Assembly (NCBI GenBank): GCA_951406725.2
Contig: OX597827.1
Span: forward strand, 51,150,001 to 51,214,000
DNA length: 64,000 nt
Source of the DNA: Octopus vulgaris
Lineage: Eukaryota
Reading direction: 5' to 3'
Of this stretch, positions 52,770 to 64,000 are shown piece by piece. The notes below the pieces were generated by a model. That model worked only from the letters and a program-made list of their open reading frames with translations, had not been told where the DNA came from and did no database searches. The stretch's first letter is position 1; the number at the start of each line of letters is the position of its first letter. Made by a program: the position numbers and the translations under genes.

Positions 52770-52963
52770 ACCACCACCACCAACAATTACGACTACTTTA
52801 TTGCTGCAACTACCACTACTACTGCCACTACTACTGCTACCACTTCAACTAACACCACTACAACTACCATCACAACCACTACTACTACCACCACAACTAC
52901 TAGTAGTAGTATTACTACTACCACCACCACCACTATTATTACTACTACTACTACTACTACTAC
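52770..52963. repeat. (CTA)n/(CCA)n microsatellite
   Basis: Direct inspection. Confidence 0.9.
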
Positions 52964-53993
52964 TAGGCCGTTTAGGAGGAGAGCAAAGTGTTGCTATTCA
53001 TGGCTTTCTTGCAGGCACAGTGTGTAAGAAATGAATTAGATTTAACCAGGAATTGAAACCGATTCGCTGGTTCAACGTTTCGGGAACTTCCACTCCCTTC
53101 ATATTACTCGACAGTTCCTTCAAATATTTGATTTCTTACATATATATATAGAACATATTAGATTTCAGTTGGTGGGTGAATACGTTTCGGCACCTCTATG
53201 CTTTATATGAGAAAGGTGATGCGAAATTATACTAGCCTAGGAATCGAAACCGTGGCACCGATTCGTTTACACGAATGGTTACGACTTGGTGTTCGCTTTT
53301 CCCTTTAACGTAGACACTGTTAGTTTCACATAAAACGATTTATCCTCTCTTCTCTGTTTAGGCCCCACCGCTTCTTGGGAAATAGTAAGTCTTCGTGTTT
53401 ATTTTCTTTTTTTTTTTGACGTGAATCAAAATATCAGTCAAAAGTATCAGACTCTCTCGGCTAGAAAGATCTATATTTTTCGTTTTATGGTTTTATTTTT
53501 AACATCGAGGGTTCGATTCCGTCTGTATTAGATAGAGAAGGTTGGAAAATATTGATGAAAATTTTTATAAGTATAAAAGACATAATTTGACTATCAGTTG
53601 CATAGGTAGCAACATTGATAAGCTGACTAATTAAGCCATTGTTTATTAAGATTATTTTAAATGGTGAGAAATTAATAATCTCGATAGGATGCAAACTTGA
53701 ACCTCGAGATCCATTCTTGATATATTTATGAGAATAACAGAGGAAATACCGAGACATAAATTGATAAATTTAATTTTGATTCCGTGACGTTGATGTCATT
53801 CTGTTATCAGTAAAATACTATGATTGTTCAATAGTTATTATTAAATGTCAAAACCTGTCTTTCTCCATCCTTTGCTCAGTATCATTTGCTGCATGTTTAC
53901 AATCGAGTAATTATGGAAGCAATCTTAATTGATGTAAAGAAATTAAAGCTTTATAAGAACCTGCTTGAAATATGTTAATTCATTACTTTTCAA

Positions 53994-54027
53994 ATGGCTG
54001 CTATGAGTAATGTAATTGAAAATAAAA
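53994..54027 (+). CDS. FEM1-like gene, putative coding exon 1 (MAAMSNVIENK)
   Basis: ATG in AAAATGG context. Donor A|GTAAGC is phase 1, matching the next exon. Confidence 0.5.
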
Positions 54028-55085
54028 GTAAGCACGGTAAAAAAATATATAACAAAAACAGGTAATCAAGACAAGTCCGCAACGCGGATTCGATCATACA
54101 TTTGATTTTCTACCCTACACATTAACCGTAGTCAATTTTTTTTCTCCTCCTTTACGATATAGCGGTTTTGCGTCTAATCAAAATAAACAAATATAAAGGG
54201 AAAAGACTAGATTCTGTGAGTTTTAATAACAGGTCCTTTTTTTTGTTTACTGTCATTAGTTTGAGGGAAAACATTAACTCCAACCCTTACATAGCAACAC
54301 TTTAAAGACGTGTATCTTAGTCTGCTAGATATTTTTTAAAAATCATTACAAGGTCTGTTTTACGGAGCACTGTCACAGACACATTGCAAATAAATTAATG
54401 CACTGGCACTCGTGAGAGAAGAAAGGTGAAGTGAGACAATGGGTGGTGAGAGAAACGGAGTGAAGTGTGACAGAGGGAGAGAGAGAAGGTGAGTTGGTAT
54501 AAACCGCGAACCAGTGAGGGAATCTCTACAGGTCGTTCGATCTAACAGGAGTGACAAAATCATTAACTACATCCCGTTATCTTAAAAAAGGGAACGGGTG
54601 CAGAAGATAATGCAATCCTAGATAACCCTAAAAAGACGAAATGATCACCAAATAATAAGATTCCTGACGATAAAAGCACTAACACTCCAGTGAGTAGTTT
54701 CCATGTTGACCCTCACTCAATAAACTCGAAGATGTAAGGCTTCGAAAGCATTTGTTGGATGTCCTATTAATAAAACTTTCACTGGCAATAAAGCTAGTTT
54801 ATGGTTTCTACTATCCTGCTCTTTTCAAGATAACGTTTAAGATGGAGTTTGGAAATTGTCAAGAAGGAAAGGATGAAGCAATTCAAGCAGAGTAGCACAG
54901 AAGCATCGACAGAAAGAAGATAAAGTTTGCAGATTGTAGGTGTACGTGGATTTATTTATCATTACTCTTTTATTATTCTTTTACTAGTTTCGGTTCGATA
55001 GCTGTGTTTATACTGAGGCACCGCCAACCGGTTACTTCTCTTTCTAGATGAAACTTAGAAGTGTGCATATATGAATATTGTTTTA

Positions 55086-55104
55086 TCTATTGATGTTTAG
55101 ATTT

Positions 55105-55139
<35 letters not shown>

Positions 55140-55378
55140 ATGTATGTATGTATATGTATGTATGTGTGTATGTATGTATATATGTATGTATATATATATG
55201 TATGTATATATATGTGTGTATGTATATGTTTATGTATATATATGTATGTATGTATATAAATGTATGTATATATATATATATATATATACATTTATATACA
55301 TATATATATATACATATATATACATATATATATATACATATATATACATATATTTATATACATATATATACATACATT

Positions 55379-55410
<32 letters not shown>
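55086..55410. repeat. (TA)n/(TATG)n/(TACA)n microsatellite
   Basis: Direct inspection. Confidence 0.95.
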
Positions 55411-55411
<1 letters not shown>

Positions 55412-55491
55412 CAGAGTAAACACATAAATGTGAAACAAGGTGGAAAAAAAAGAGTACTCAAATACCAGGGGTAGAGTAATATGCTTTATTT

Positions 55492-55538
55492 AAAACTGTC
55501 CGACGAACAGGAACGTGAAACTCTGAGTAACAGGTTTT
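55492..55538 (+). ncRNA. Type I hammerhead-ribozyme-like motif in PLE-derived sequence
   Basis: AAAACUGU-CCGACGA-AC(AGGAAC)GU-GAA-ACUC(U)GAGU-A-ACAGGUUUU: stem I CUGU/ACAG, near-palindromic stem III, GUA cleavage triplet, weak stem II. Confidence 0.55.
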
Positions 55539-56146
55539 GGTGAATTTCTGCTGCTTTTAAATAAAGTATATATATATATATATATAAACAGATATTCACA
55601 CTCTTTGTTAAATTTAGTTGCCGGAACAATGTGATGATTGAGATTTGGGAGAAATTGTTAGGTGGAGCCATCTGTAGGATTTCATTCATAGATTCACCAA
55701 ACGGATTGTAACAATTTTATTGCTGTAGATTATTGAAAAAAATTCAGGATAGAATTATATTGATAATTATCTGCTGTGAAATTGTTTTTTAATTCTGGTC
55801 AAATTTATCTTTTTGTCTGTTACTACAAAGATGTATTCACTTATGATTCAAGCATATGCCTTCCCTTTGGTCTTCTATGAAGTTTGTTTACTTCAAATAT
55901 TTTTCATGGAACTCAAAAACCAAAATAATTACAAATCATAATAGCTTTATTTACTAAAATGCAATTAGATCTGATGTCTTAAAATTTATACTCTCCATAT
56001 CAATTCTGAACAACTTTCAAAGATATTAATTTCTTTTGACAAAAATAATTCACATTTCAGAAGTATTTTCCATTTTGCAGCAACAACAAAAAAAAAGAAA
56101 AGAAAACCATTTACTGATGAATGCTTTTCCTTTTGTGTTTTTCCAG

Positions 56147-56293
56147 TAAAATGGCAACAGAGCATTACTGAGGATGAATTTTTTATATCATCACCAATGT
56201 TTGGAATAACATCTCTAAGTTACTGGCATGACTTTATTGAAGCTTGCAATTTGCTGTCTCATAAATGTTGTTCTTGTATTTGTTCCTCTCCAG
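56147..56293 (+). CDS. FEM1-like gene, putative exon 2 (147 nt, phase 1-1)
   Basis: Acceptor TTTTGTGTTTTTCCAG|, donor CAG|GTAAGA, open frame KWQQSITEDEFFISSPMFG...CSSP. Confidence 0.65.
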
Positions 56294-57573
56294 GTAAGAA
56301 GATATATTCTAAACTTCCTTATTAATCTGTATAAAGAAAATGGTGACTATACTGAATCTGCAACAAAGTTTCAATTGAAAACTAAGATTATTTTTATTTT
56401 ACTCATGCTGTTAGGAAACTCGTGAATATTACAATGTTACAAATACTATGTCCTAGTTCCCTTCAAGTTAATAGTGTCAATCAGTCATTGAACAGGTATT
56501 AGTTCATTATGAAAATCTGGCAAAATATGCAGATATTAGATGTTTAATTCTGTCTCATATGAGAGATAAGCCTGAGTAATAAGATTTTATTTAAAGTTTA
56601 AAAAATAATCCCTGTTAAGAGAAGGTTCAATTATTTATATTATATGACATTTTATGGGTTATACTCCTTGTTCAGGTATATTTAAGCTAAAAAAAAAACT
56701 CCTATCACCTGCTTGGCTTTAGCAACCAGTTAAATCAATAAATAATATTTTAATGTTTATAACTATTTTCCCATATATTGTCACACTGCAGTCCTATTCG
56801 ATTATTTCAATAATCTGCAACATGAAGACCAGTTTTAATTTTTTTTAAAAAGCTTTACATTGTAATAAAATGTACATGCTCCATGTTTTTATTACATTTT
56901 GCATCATATATGCGAAGATATCACTCCACTCACCAATCCCTATAAAATGTACTGAAACTATAATTATGTTTTTATCTCTGTTGTCATGTTTGGAAGTAGG
57001 GTTTGCATGCCCTCACTCCGTCTACCCCCACACATATACACTTGCTCATAGACACTCAATTTATAAAATAATGGGGTGGAGAGAGATTGAGAGAAAGAGG
57101 AAGCAAGCTGAGAAATAGGTTGGGGAGTTGGGTGGGGAAGAAAACTGGAGAGAGGGTAGCAGACAGGACTAGGTCAGAGAAACAGGAAGTTGGGAGGGTT
57201 TGGGAAAACACATCAGAGGAAGACCTACAGTGAAACAAGGAAAAGATCTACAAAGGACAAGAAGCTTAGAGGGGGACCTATGATAATGTTGTTCAATATT
57301 TATATATGAATTTTCTCTTGTGTATACTAAGAATGAAGTTCTCTTTCTTGATATTGAGATATAAGCTTGGCTTCTGCAACTTCCTTAGGATTGTACTCAT
57401 TCAAACAATAAAATGTTATTCCTAAAAATGGAGTGGTGTAGAATACTTGGAGATTTGTTGTCTGTATTGAAAATCAAGTTATGCCATCCCATAATGACAA
57501 TGAATCTAAGCCAATATGAAGCAACCTATGATTAACAATGTTGTCATATTTTATTATGTTTTCTTATTTTCAG

Positions 57574-57663
57574 ACATTGAAGACACAAGTCCTGGTAATC
57601 TAAAAGAATTCTCCTCCTCCAAAACAAACAGTAATGATTCACTTCAGGATATTGTGATCAAAG
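57574..57663 (+). CDS. FEM1-like gene, putative exon 3 (90 nt, phase 1-1)
   Basis: Acceptor TTCTTATTTTCAG|, donor AAG|GTAAAT, frame DIEDTSPGNLKEFSSSKTNSNDSLQDIVIK. Confidence 0.7.
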
Positions 57664-58537
57664 GTAAATGTTGAAGTTATATTAGAAGAAAATTATTTGA
57701 TTCATGCAGTGAGTTACTGATAGTATATTTTTATACTATTTTTATGTTAAACTTAATAATAAAAGGATGGTCATAATTGAATGATTTACATTATTTCACT
57801 TTGTTTCATGGCTTTGAGTTGTACATGTGCTACTGAAGTTTACTTTTCTTTTTAACTCTTTAAGCTTGATATAAATTGGTGTTAATCTTTATCTTTTGCA
57901 TATAGCTAATGAAAGAGGAGCCCATTTTCATCTTGTATTTGTTGTTCAGAAATGATACTTTTTATTTCATTTTCTGCCTGCAGTGTGGCTATCACACTAT
58001 CTTCTAGTGGTTCTGTATTTTGGGGAATTAGTCTTGATAGACAGTCCACATGACCAATTTTTTTCAATGGAGTATACTGCATTTTGAAATTGTAATTTAG
58101 TAATATTATACCCCAACGCTGTAGTTGGTTCTCTGTATGGGTAGTTAACCCTTTCTTTCACCCATAAAGGAGCTGCACCAGACTCCAGTTTGATTTGGCG
58201 TGGTTTCTACAGCTGAACATGTGTATTTTATATTATTTTAGGCATATGAATATAAGTGAAACTGGGGACATTATAAAATGTGTGTGTACACTCACGTATA
58301 AAAATGGGAATAAAAATGATATTCAGTTTAAAAAATTGATTCAAAAGTTTAGAAATTTTTAAAATGTAAAAAAATTTTTTTAATTTAAAAAAAGGGAAAA
58401 TAAGACAGAAAACTGTCTTCCAACATGCTTGCATATAAATATATATTTATGCAAGTAAGTCTATACAGTATGTTAGAAGATCTTTTGTGAGGATCATGGT
58501 TGGTGATTGGGGTCATTTTAGAAATTTCTTCAGTGCT

Positions 58538-58755
58538 TCATCATCATCATTTAACGTCTGCTTTCCATGCTAGCATGGGTTGGACGATTTGACAGGTCTG
58601 GTGATCCAGACTCCAATCTGATCTGGCAGAGTTTCTACAGCTGGATGCCCTTCCTAACGCCAACCACTCCGTGAATGTAGTGGGTGCTTTTACATGCCAC
58701 CGGCATGAGGGCCAGTTTGGTGGTACTGGCAACGGCCACGCCCAAATGGTGCTTG
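58538..58755 (-). mobile_element. RTE-tail SINE copy
   Basis: Homolog of 8505-8780. Confidence 0.8.
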
Positions 58756-59385
58756 TTTAATATAAAGCTGTAAAAGAGGTTTTTATGCCATTACTGGAAT
58801 ACATTATGGTGAAGTTGGAAGGAGAGAAGGTAGTGAGATATTTACATGTTTAGCCTTTAGAAAAAACTATTGGTTTGAAATGTTTTAGATTTTTTGTAGT
58901 TGCATGAAGAGATTACTTCAGTGTTTCAGTTCAGAATTTGGTTCTTCAGTGTGAGAATATAGTAGGATTCATTAGTACAAAGTCAGCAGAGTTTGTTGTT
59001 ACTTTGGTATGGTTATACATGTTAGAATATTTTCCATATATGCAAGTAAGTGTATCTTTTATATCTTTTATATTTTACTTGTTTCAGTCATTGGACTATG
59101 CCATACTGGGTCACCATCTTAAAGTATTCTAGTCGAATGAATTAACCCCAGTACTTTTTTTTTTTTTAAAGTCTGGTACTTATTCTATCAGTCACTTTTG
59201 CTGAACTGCTAAGTTACAAGGATGTAAACTCATCAACACCAGTTCTCAAATGATAGGTTACTAAATCAGACACACACATATATACATATATATATATACA
59301 CACACACACATGCATGTATACATACATATTTATATAAGGTATTAATTGATAGTAGGGGATGGATTTTATTTTAGACTTTTATTAG

Positions 59386-59433
59386 ATACAACATATGTTT
59401 CGACCCATCACTCTGGGTCTCTTCAGGTACATT
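59386..59433 (-). ncRNA. Minimal type I hammerhead ribozyme
   Basis: Minus strand: GUAC-CUGAAGA-GACCCA(GAGUGA)UGGGUC-GAA-AC(AUAU)GU-U-GUAU. Canonical core and a perfect 6-bp stem II. Confidence 0.75.
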
Positions 59434-59587
59434 GCTAAAGAAGTCTCACTAGATATTTTTTGTGTTGGCTGGCTTCTTGAATTTTTACGTTTCTGCAATA
59501 TTTTTTAGTTTTATTTATTCTCAAACTAGATGGGAATATAACAAGAAGTCAGCCATCACAAAAAATATCTAGTGAGACTTCTTTAGC

Positions 59588-59634
59588 AATGTACCTGAAG
59601 AGACCTAGACTAATGGGTCGAAACATGTTGTACC
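59588..59634 (+). ncRNA. Minimal type I hammerhead ribozyme
   Basis: GUAC-CUGAAGA-GACC(UAGACUAAUG)GGUC-GAA-ACAUGU-U-GUAC. Canonical CUGANGA/GAAA core, palindromic stem III, stem I GUAC/GUAC. Confidence 0.75.
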
Positions 59635-59851
59635 TAATAAAAGTCTAATACGAAATCCATCTACGATCAATTAATACTATTACCCTAACTGCCACTACAA
59701 AGTTCCTGAAGTAGATCCAATGGAAGTGTACCACAACTATGGATCACAACAGGTAGCCTAGAGTGCGCCGGTGCTCTACTCAACATTTAAACACTAATTT
59801 AATTACATGTATTTGTCTAAATTTTCTATTCTATATATATATATATATATG

Positions 59852-59922
59852 TATCATGGCGACTATATATCATCATCATCATCATCATCAAACAATGATG
59901 ATGATATATAGTCGCCATGATA
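59852..59922. repeat. Short hairpin with (CAT)n/(ATG)n arms
   Basis: TATCATGGCGACTATATATCATCATCAT...ATGATGATGATATATAGTCGCCATGATA. Confidence 0.85.
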
Positions 59923-60101
59923 GATCATTAGCCACTACACACATTTTTTCTCTCCTTGTTTTTTCTGTGTCCCTTCTGTAGAAGAGCATAGGCTCAAAAC
60001 GTAAAAGACTTTTTCTGTTCCTAATACATCTGTTTGTTTTGTACACCACCTGTCTTTGTCTTTTGTTTTTTTCGTAAACTCTCCCTATATATATATATAT
60101 A

Positions 60102-61063
60102 TATACAAAATAAGAAAATGGAGAAATACATCTAAATCAATTATCAACTACCAGATAATACCCAATCACATAATTTATTAAACCACTACATATGAACATT
60201 AAGGTCAAACATATTAATATAGAACAAAACAGTGTACATGAAGGAGTAATATGGTACAATAAGTACAGTATGTATAAGAGAATATAAAAATATAAATATA
60301 AATATAAACATCTTACAGCTGTTTCGGCCATGCAGATATGGGTGTCTCATTTTGCTCATATTAGCCATGTGTGATAGGTCAATATGTAGTTATAAATGAG
60401 ACACTTACAAAAATATCCCAAGGCCTCTTCGGAGATTATGAAATACAAACTAAATTAAATATGAATATCAGAGTAGGTACACCCATACAAGTGTGGGTAC
60501 ATACCCATAATATATCATATACACATACATATGAGTGCATATACTCATACTCCTATATATATATATATACATATACATAATAATATAAATCAATATACAA
60601 ACATATGTTCCATATTCAATGTTACAGTTTTTCAACTTAATATTATGCTATTACCATGTAGAAAACATACACATATTAATACTCAAATGCAGACATACAA
60701 AGTCAAGAGTACATTATATTAATTTACAAAATGTCATTAATATTAACATCATTACTATTATCATTACCACTATTGCTACTAATATCATTATTATTATTAT
60801 TAATAACACTAATACTAGCAAAACAATATATGCATCACACGGTTAGCAACATGTAGTTTATATATATATTTATATTTTTATATTCTCTTATACATACTGT
60901 ACTTATTGTACCATATTACTCCTTCATATACACTGTTTTGTTCTGTATTAATATGTTTGACCTTAATGTTCATATGTAGTGGTTTAATAAATTATGTGAT
61001 TGGGTATTATCTGGTAGTTGATAATTGATTTAGATGTATTTCTCCATTTTTATTATTTTGTAT
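60102..61063. repeat. About 200-bp inverted repeat with about 560-bp spacer (probably PLE-derived)
   Basis: 60102-60300 is the reverse complement of 60865-61063 with few mismatches. A partial hammerhead 3' half (minus GGCCGAAACAGCUGUA) lies at 60313-60329. Confidence 0.85.
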
Positions 61064-61638
61064 TATTAATTTGTGGTAAAACATTTTACCTTTGCCCATA
61101 TAATACAGTAAATGAAATAATTGCGTCACAATTCTTAACATTTATGTATTAACCTTGTTGGGTACTTCACTAGCAGTATATTGGATATATGTTATCCCAT
61201 GGAGGGTTGCATTTACAACCCCTATCTCAATCTGTGTATATATATATATATGATGGGCTTCTTTCAGTTTCCATCTACTAAATCTACTCACAAAGATTTG
61301 GTCAGTTCAAGGTCATAGTAGAAGCCACTCGCCCAAGGTGCCATGCAGTGGGACTGAACCTGGAATCATGTGGTTGGGATGCAAATATTTTATCATACAG
61401 CTATGCTTATGCTTGCATGGCTGTGTGTCATGTTATGGTAATGAAATTATCTTGGATTAGATAACCTGAACGGTAGCCTAGATCCATGCAATGTGAAGAT
61501 AGTCATAACCAGTTCTCTTATTTTAATTATTGTTGCAGCATCCTTAGCTACACACAGCTTTGTTTATAACTTTTGCAGAAAACAAAATGTACCCCTAACA
61601 TGTTTATCTTCTTTTGGTTTGGTTATATAAGATGACAT

Positions 61639-61939
61639 GTGGAGGCGCAATGGCCCAGTGGTTAGGGCAGCGGACTCGCAGTTGTAGGATCGCGGTTTCA
61701 CTTCCCAGACCGGGCGTTGTGAGTGTTTATTGAGCGAAAGCACCTGAAGCTCTACGCGGCTCCGGCAGGGGGTGGTGGCGATCCCTGCTGTACTCTTTCG
61801 CCACAACTTTCTCTCACTCTTTCTTCTGTTGGCCTGCTCGCTTAGCCAGCGGGGTGGCATAATTTGAAGGTTAAAACAATGTGAAGCGCACTGTGACCAG
61901 CGATGTGTATCAACATCTGATAGCCTGGTCGGTCACGTG
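61639..61939 (+). mobile_element. Full-length tRNA-derived SINE, family E, with 14-bp TSD
   Basis: A-box TGGCCCAGTGG and a B-box-like GGTTTCACTTCC. Perfect TSD ATATAAGATGACAT at 61625-61638 and 61940-61953. Confidence 0.9.
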
Positions 61940-62037
61940 ATATAAGATGACATAACAATTAGTCTACAAACTCTTGCAATCTTCATTTAATTTACCACAA
62001 ATCCAATATTAACTTGGAAAATTTTTATTCATTGCAG

Positions 62038-63662
62038 ATCCATCACTTGAAGGTCTTTGTAGGAACAAACTATCAACTATATCTTGCCGAATATTTGAAT
62101 TAATACACCAGAATTACACTGAAGTTGTTAAAAATGAACTCGATCAGTTTTCTGATGTCCAACGCAAATTCATTGTCAAAGAAAAACATATGGGCCACAC
62201 TATGTTATCATTGGCTACAATATCAGCTCAAACCGACTTGATGAGATATTTGCTAGAACATTGTGATGCAGAGATTGAGCAGAGAGATACAAATGGTACT
62301 ACACCAGTAACCCCTCTTTGGCTAGCTGTTGAACGGCGTAATGTGGAAGCTGTCGATATACTATTAGAACATGAAGCTGATGTTAATGCTAAGGGCGAAG
62401 GGGATTGTCCAATCATTTTACTTGCTGCTCAAAATGTTAACCTACAAATTGTTGAAAGCCTTATTTTGAGTGGTGCTAACATGAATGCTTCTGATGAGTG
62501 GGGATATACCCCTCTCCATGCTGCACTTTGGAATATGGGTTTGATGAGACTTCTTATGGAGAATGGGGCCGATTTAAATGCAAAAGACCAAAATGGAGAT
62601 ACGATGTTGCACCTCAGTGTGCGTAAAGGATTCTTTGAAATGTGTAAATTTTTGCTTATGCAAGAGGTGAACCCTTATGAAGTTAATATTGATGGTTATG
62701 ATGCATTCCAACTGGCAGCATTGTATGGAGAATGTGAAATATTGGTATATTTACTAATTACTTTCCCATATCCTAAGGAGTGCCCGAAAGAGTTTTTTAA
62801 TGAACCAACCAAAGTTAAGATCAAAGAAATGCTAGAGACTTATGTCCCTAAAGATTATTCTTTAGACCTTCATGCACTTCTTGCTATTGAGAAAGTGCTC
62901 GGACCTACTTGTGATAAGACATTTTATGCCCTTAAAGAAGCTGCTGAACTAACCAGTCGATCTATGGATTTTGCACAATCGTGGATTATCTATATTCATC
63001 TCCTTCAAATCTGTCATAAACCCCACCATGTACTTGACAGTAATGTAATCACTGGTATCTTCCAGCTACTTTATAACATATTCTGTGAATATGGTGAAAT
63101 TATCGTACCTGTAGAGAGAGCTCTTGGCATATTCAATGGAATGTTCCGAGATGTTATATGCAATCTCAACTTGCTGCAAAGACGTGAGAGTGGAAAAGAA
63201 GATGAGACATTCAACATGGGTCGCTTCCAAGAAGTTTTTATCCGGTTGCTTAATCTGTTGGAATTTATTACAAAACTTAAGTCCAACAATACTGGAAATT
63301 CATCTTCTGACAAAGTGTTCCTCATAATTCCATTACCGTGCATTTTATTTGATGTAGTGTCCCCTTTAAAAAATGAACAAATGCCAGGGAAAATTGATGA
63401 TAGCCAAACTTTAGTGTGCGTGCGTGTGCATGGAAGATGGGAATACTTGGATGTATTTCTGGCCCAAGAAGATTTAGTTCTTACAACCAAAGGTCGGTGT
63501 GTGAAAACATATCATTACTTAGAAACAGGTCGAAGACAGTTGATACCTTCAAAAATTCCCCTTCCTTTGCAATGTCTTGCAATGCAAGTCATTCAAGTTG
63601 ACAATGTTCCATATGAAAACATACTCCCACCTGCACTTTGTAATACAGTTGAACATCATTAA
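62038..63662 (+). CDS. FEM1-like ankyrin-repeat protein with C-terminal BC/VHL(SOCS-like)-box, terminal exon
   Basis: Acceptor TTTTTATTCATTGCAG| in frame with ORF 62190-63662. About 6 ankyrin repeats (TPLWLA, TPLHAA, TMLHLS). The C-terminus PLQCLAMQVI...Y..ILP..L...V.HH resembles the FEM1 terminal motif. Confidence 0.9.
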
Positions 63663-64000
63663 ATTATTTGAGAATCAAAAAATTACCTCATAGAAGAGAT
63701 CAAAGAAATGATTTTTAAAAATGTTATGTAAAAGATAAAGAATTATTTTCACAAGATAATGACAGAAAAATTACATCTCACTCTACAGTTCAATACATTG
63801 AAATTTAAGTAAGTCTGCTAGTAAGTCTAAAAGTAGTATAGTGTTTTGATATGCAACCTTAATTTTGAGTATATTAGTTGGTCCTAAGTGAAAGCCATGC
63901 AAGTTTCTTGCTCAATTAGCTGTAGACAATCCTGTAAGCAATGGTTCTTCTCTTTGGTTTTTCATTGGTTGGTTTCCAAAATCAAGCTGCCAGCCAGAAA

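Larger units (their letters stand above)
59339..59677. mobile_element. Penelope-like inverted pLTR pair (about 140-bp arms, about 60-bp spacer)
   Basis: 59339-59479 is the reverse complement of 59542-59677, and each arm carries a hammerhead motif. Confidence 0.8.

Noticed and set aside
53174-53187. GGTGAATACGTT resembling a 16S rRNA motif
   Set aside because: A 12-nt chance match with no flanking rRNA similarity.
56228-56425. MTLLKLAICCLINVVLVFVPL signal-peptide-like ORF
   Set aside because: It overlaps FEM1-like exon 2 in another frame. Splicing at the 56293 donor in this frame (phase 0) is out of frame with exon 3 and hits a stop.
60313-60370. Minus-strand GGCC-GAAAC-AGCU-GUA hammerhead half
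   Set aside because: The CUGANGA half and the 5' strand of stem II are missing, so it is only a remnant.
63071-63490. 139-aa antisense ORF (also 62228-62416, 15848-16045, 39218-39502)
   Set aside because: Shadow ORFs overlapping real CDSs, with no independent features.

Overview
AT-rich, repeat-dense animal genomic DNA, not prokaryotic. The SINE/RTE/Penelope repertoire and intron-less C2H2 zinc-finger ORFs suggest a coleoid cephalopod, probably Octopus; this is inferred from recognising the repeat families, not from a search. Three host genes are supported. Two are convergent C2H2 zinc-finger genes, each with a single coding exon (15172-16803 +, 39162-40736 -). The third is a FEM1-like ankyrin-repeat gene with a C-terminal BC/VHL-box, for which I reconstruct four phase-consistent exons (53994-63662 +, about 631 aa). 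The rest is tRNA-derived SINEs, CR1/RTE LINE fragments, Tc1/mariner and pogo remnants, hAT/piggyBac-type MITEs, two non-autonomous Helitrons, Penelope-like (PLE) fragments and microsatellites. The most notable observations: (1) several minimal hammerhead-ribozyme motifs in PLE-derived sequence, three on the sense strand of FEM1-like introns, one paired with its own inverted copy; (2) a zinc-finger protein in which 9 of 13 fingers share the same DNA-contact residues (H-1/T+3/N+6), a candidate trinucleotide-repeat reader; (3) several long, near-perfect foldback structures.
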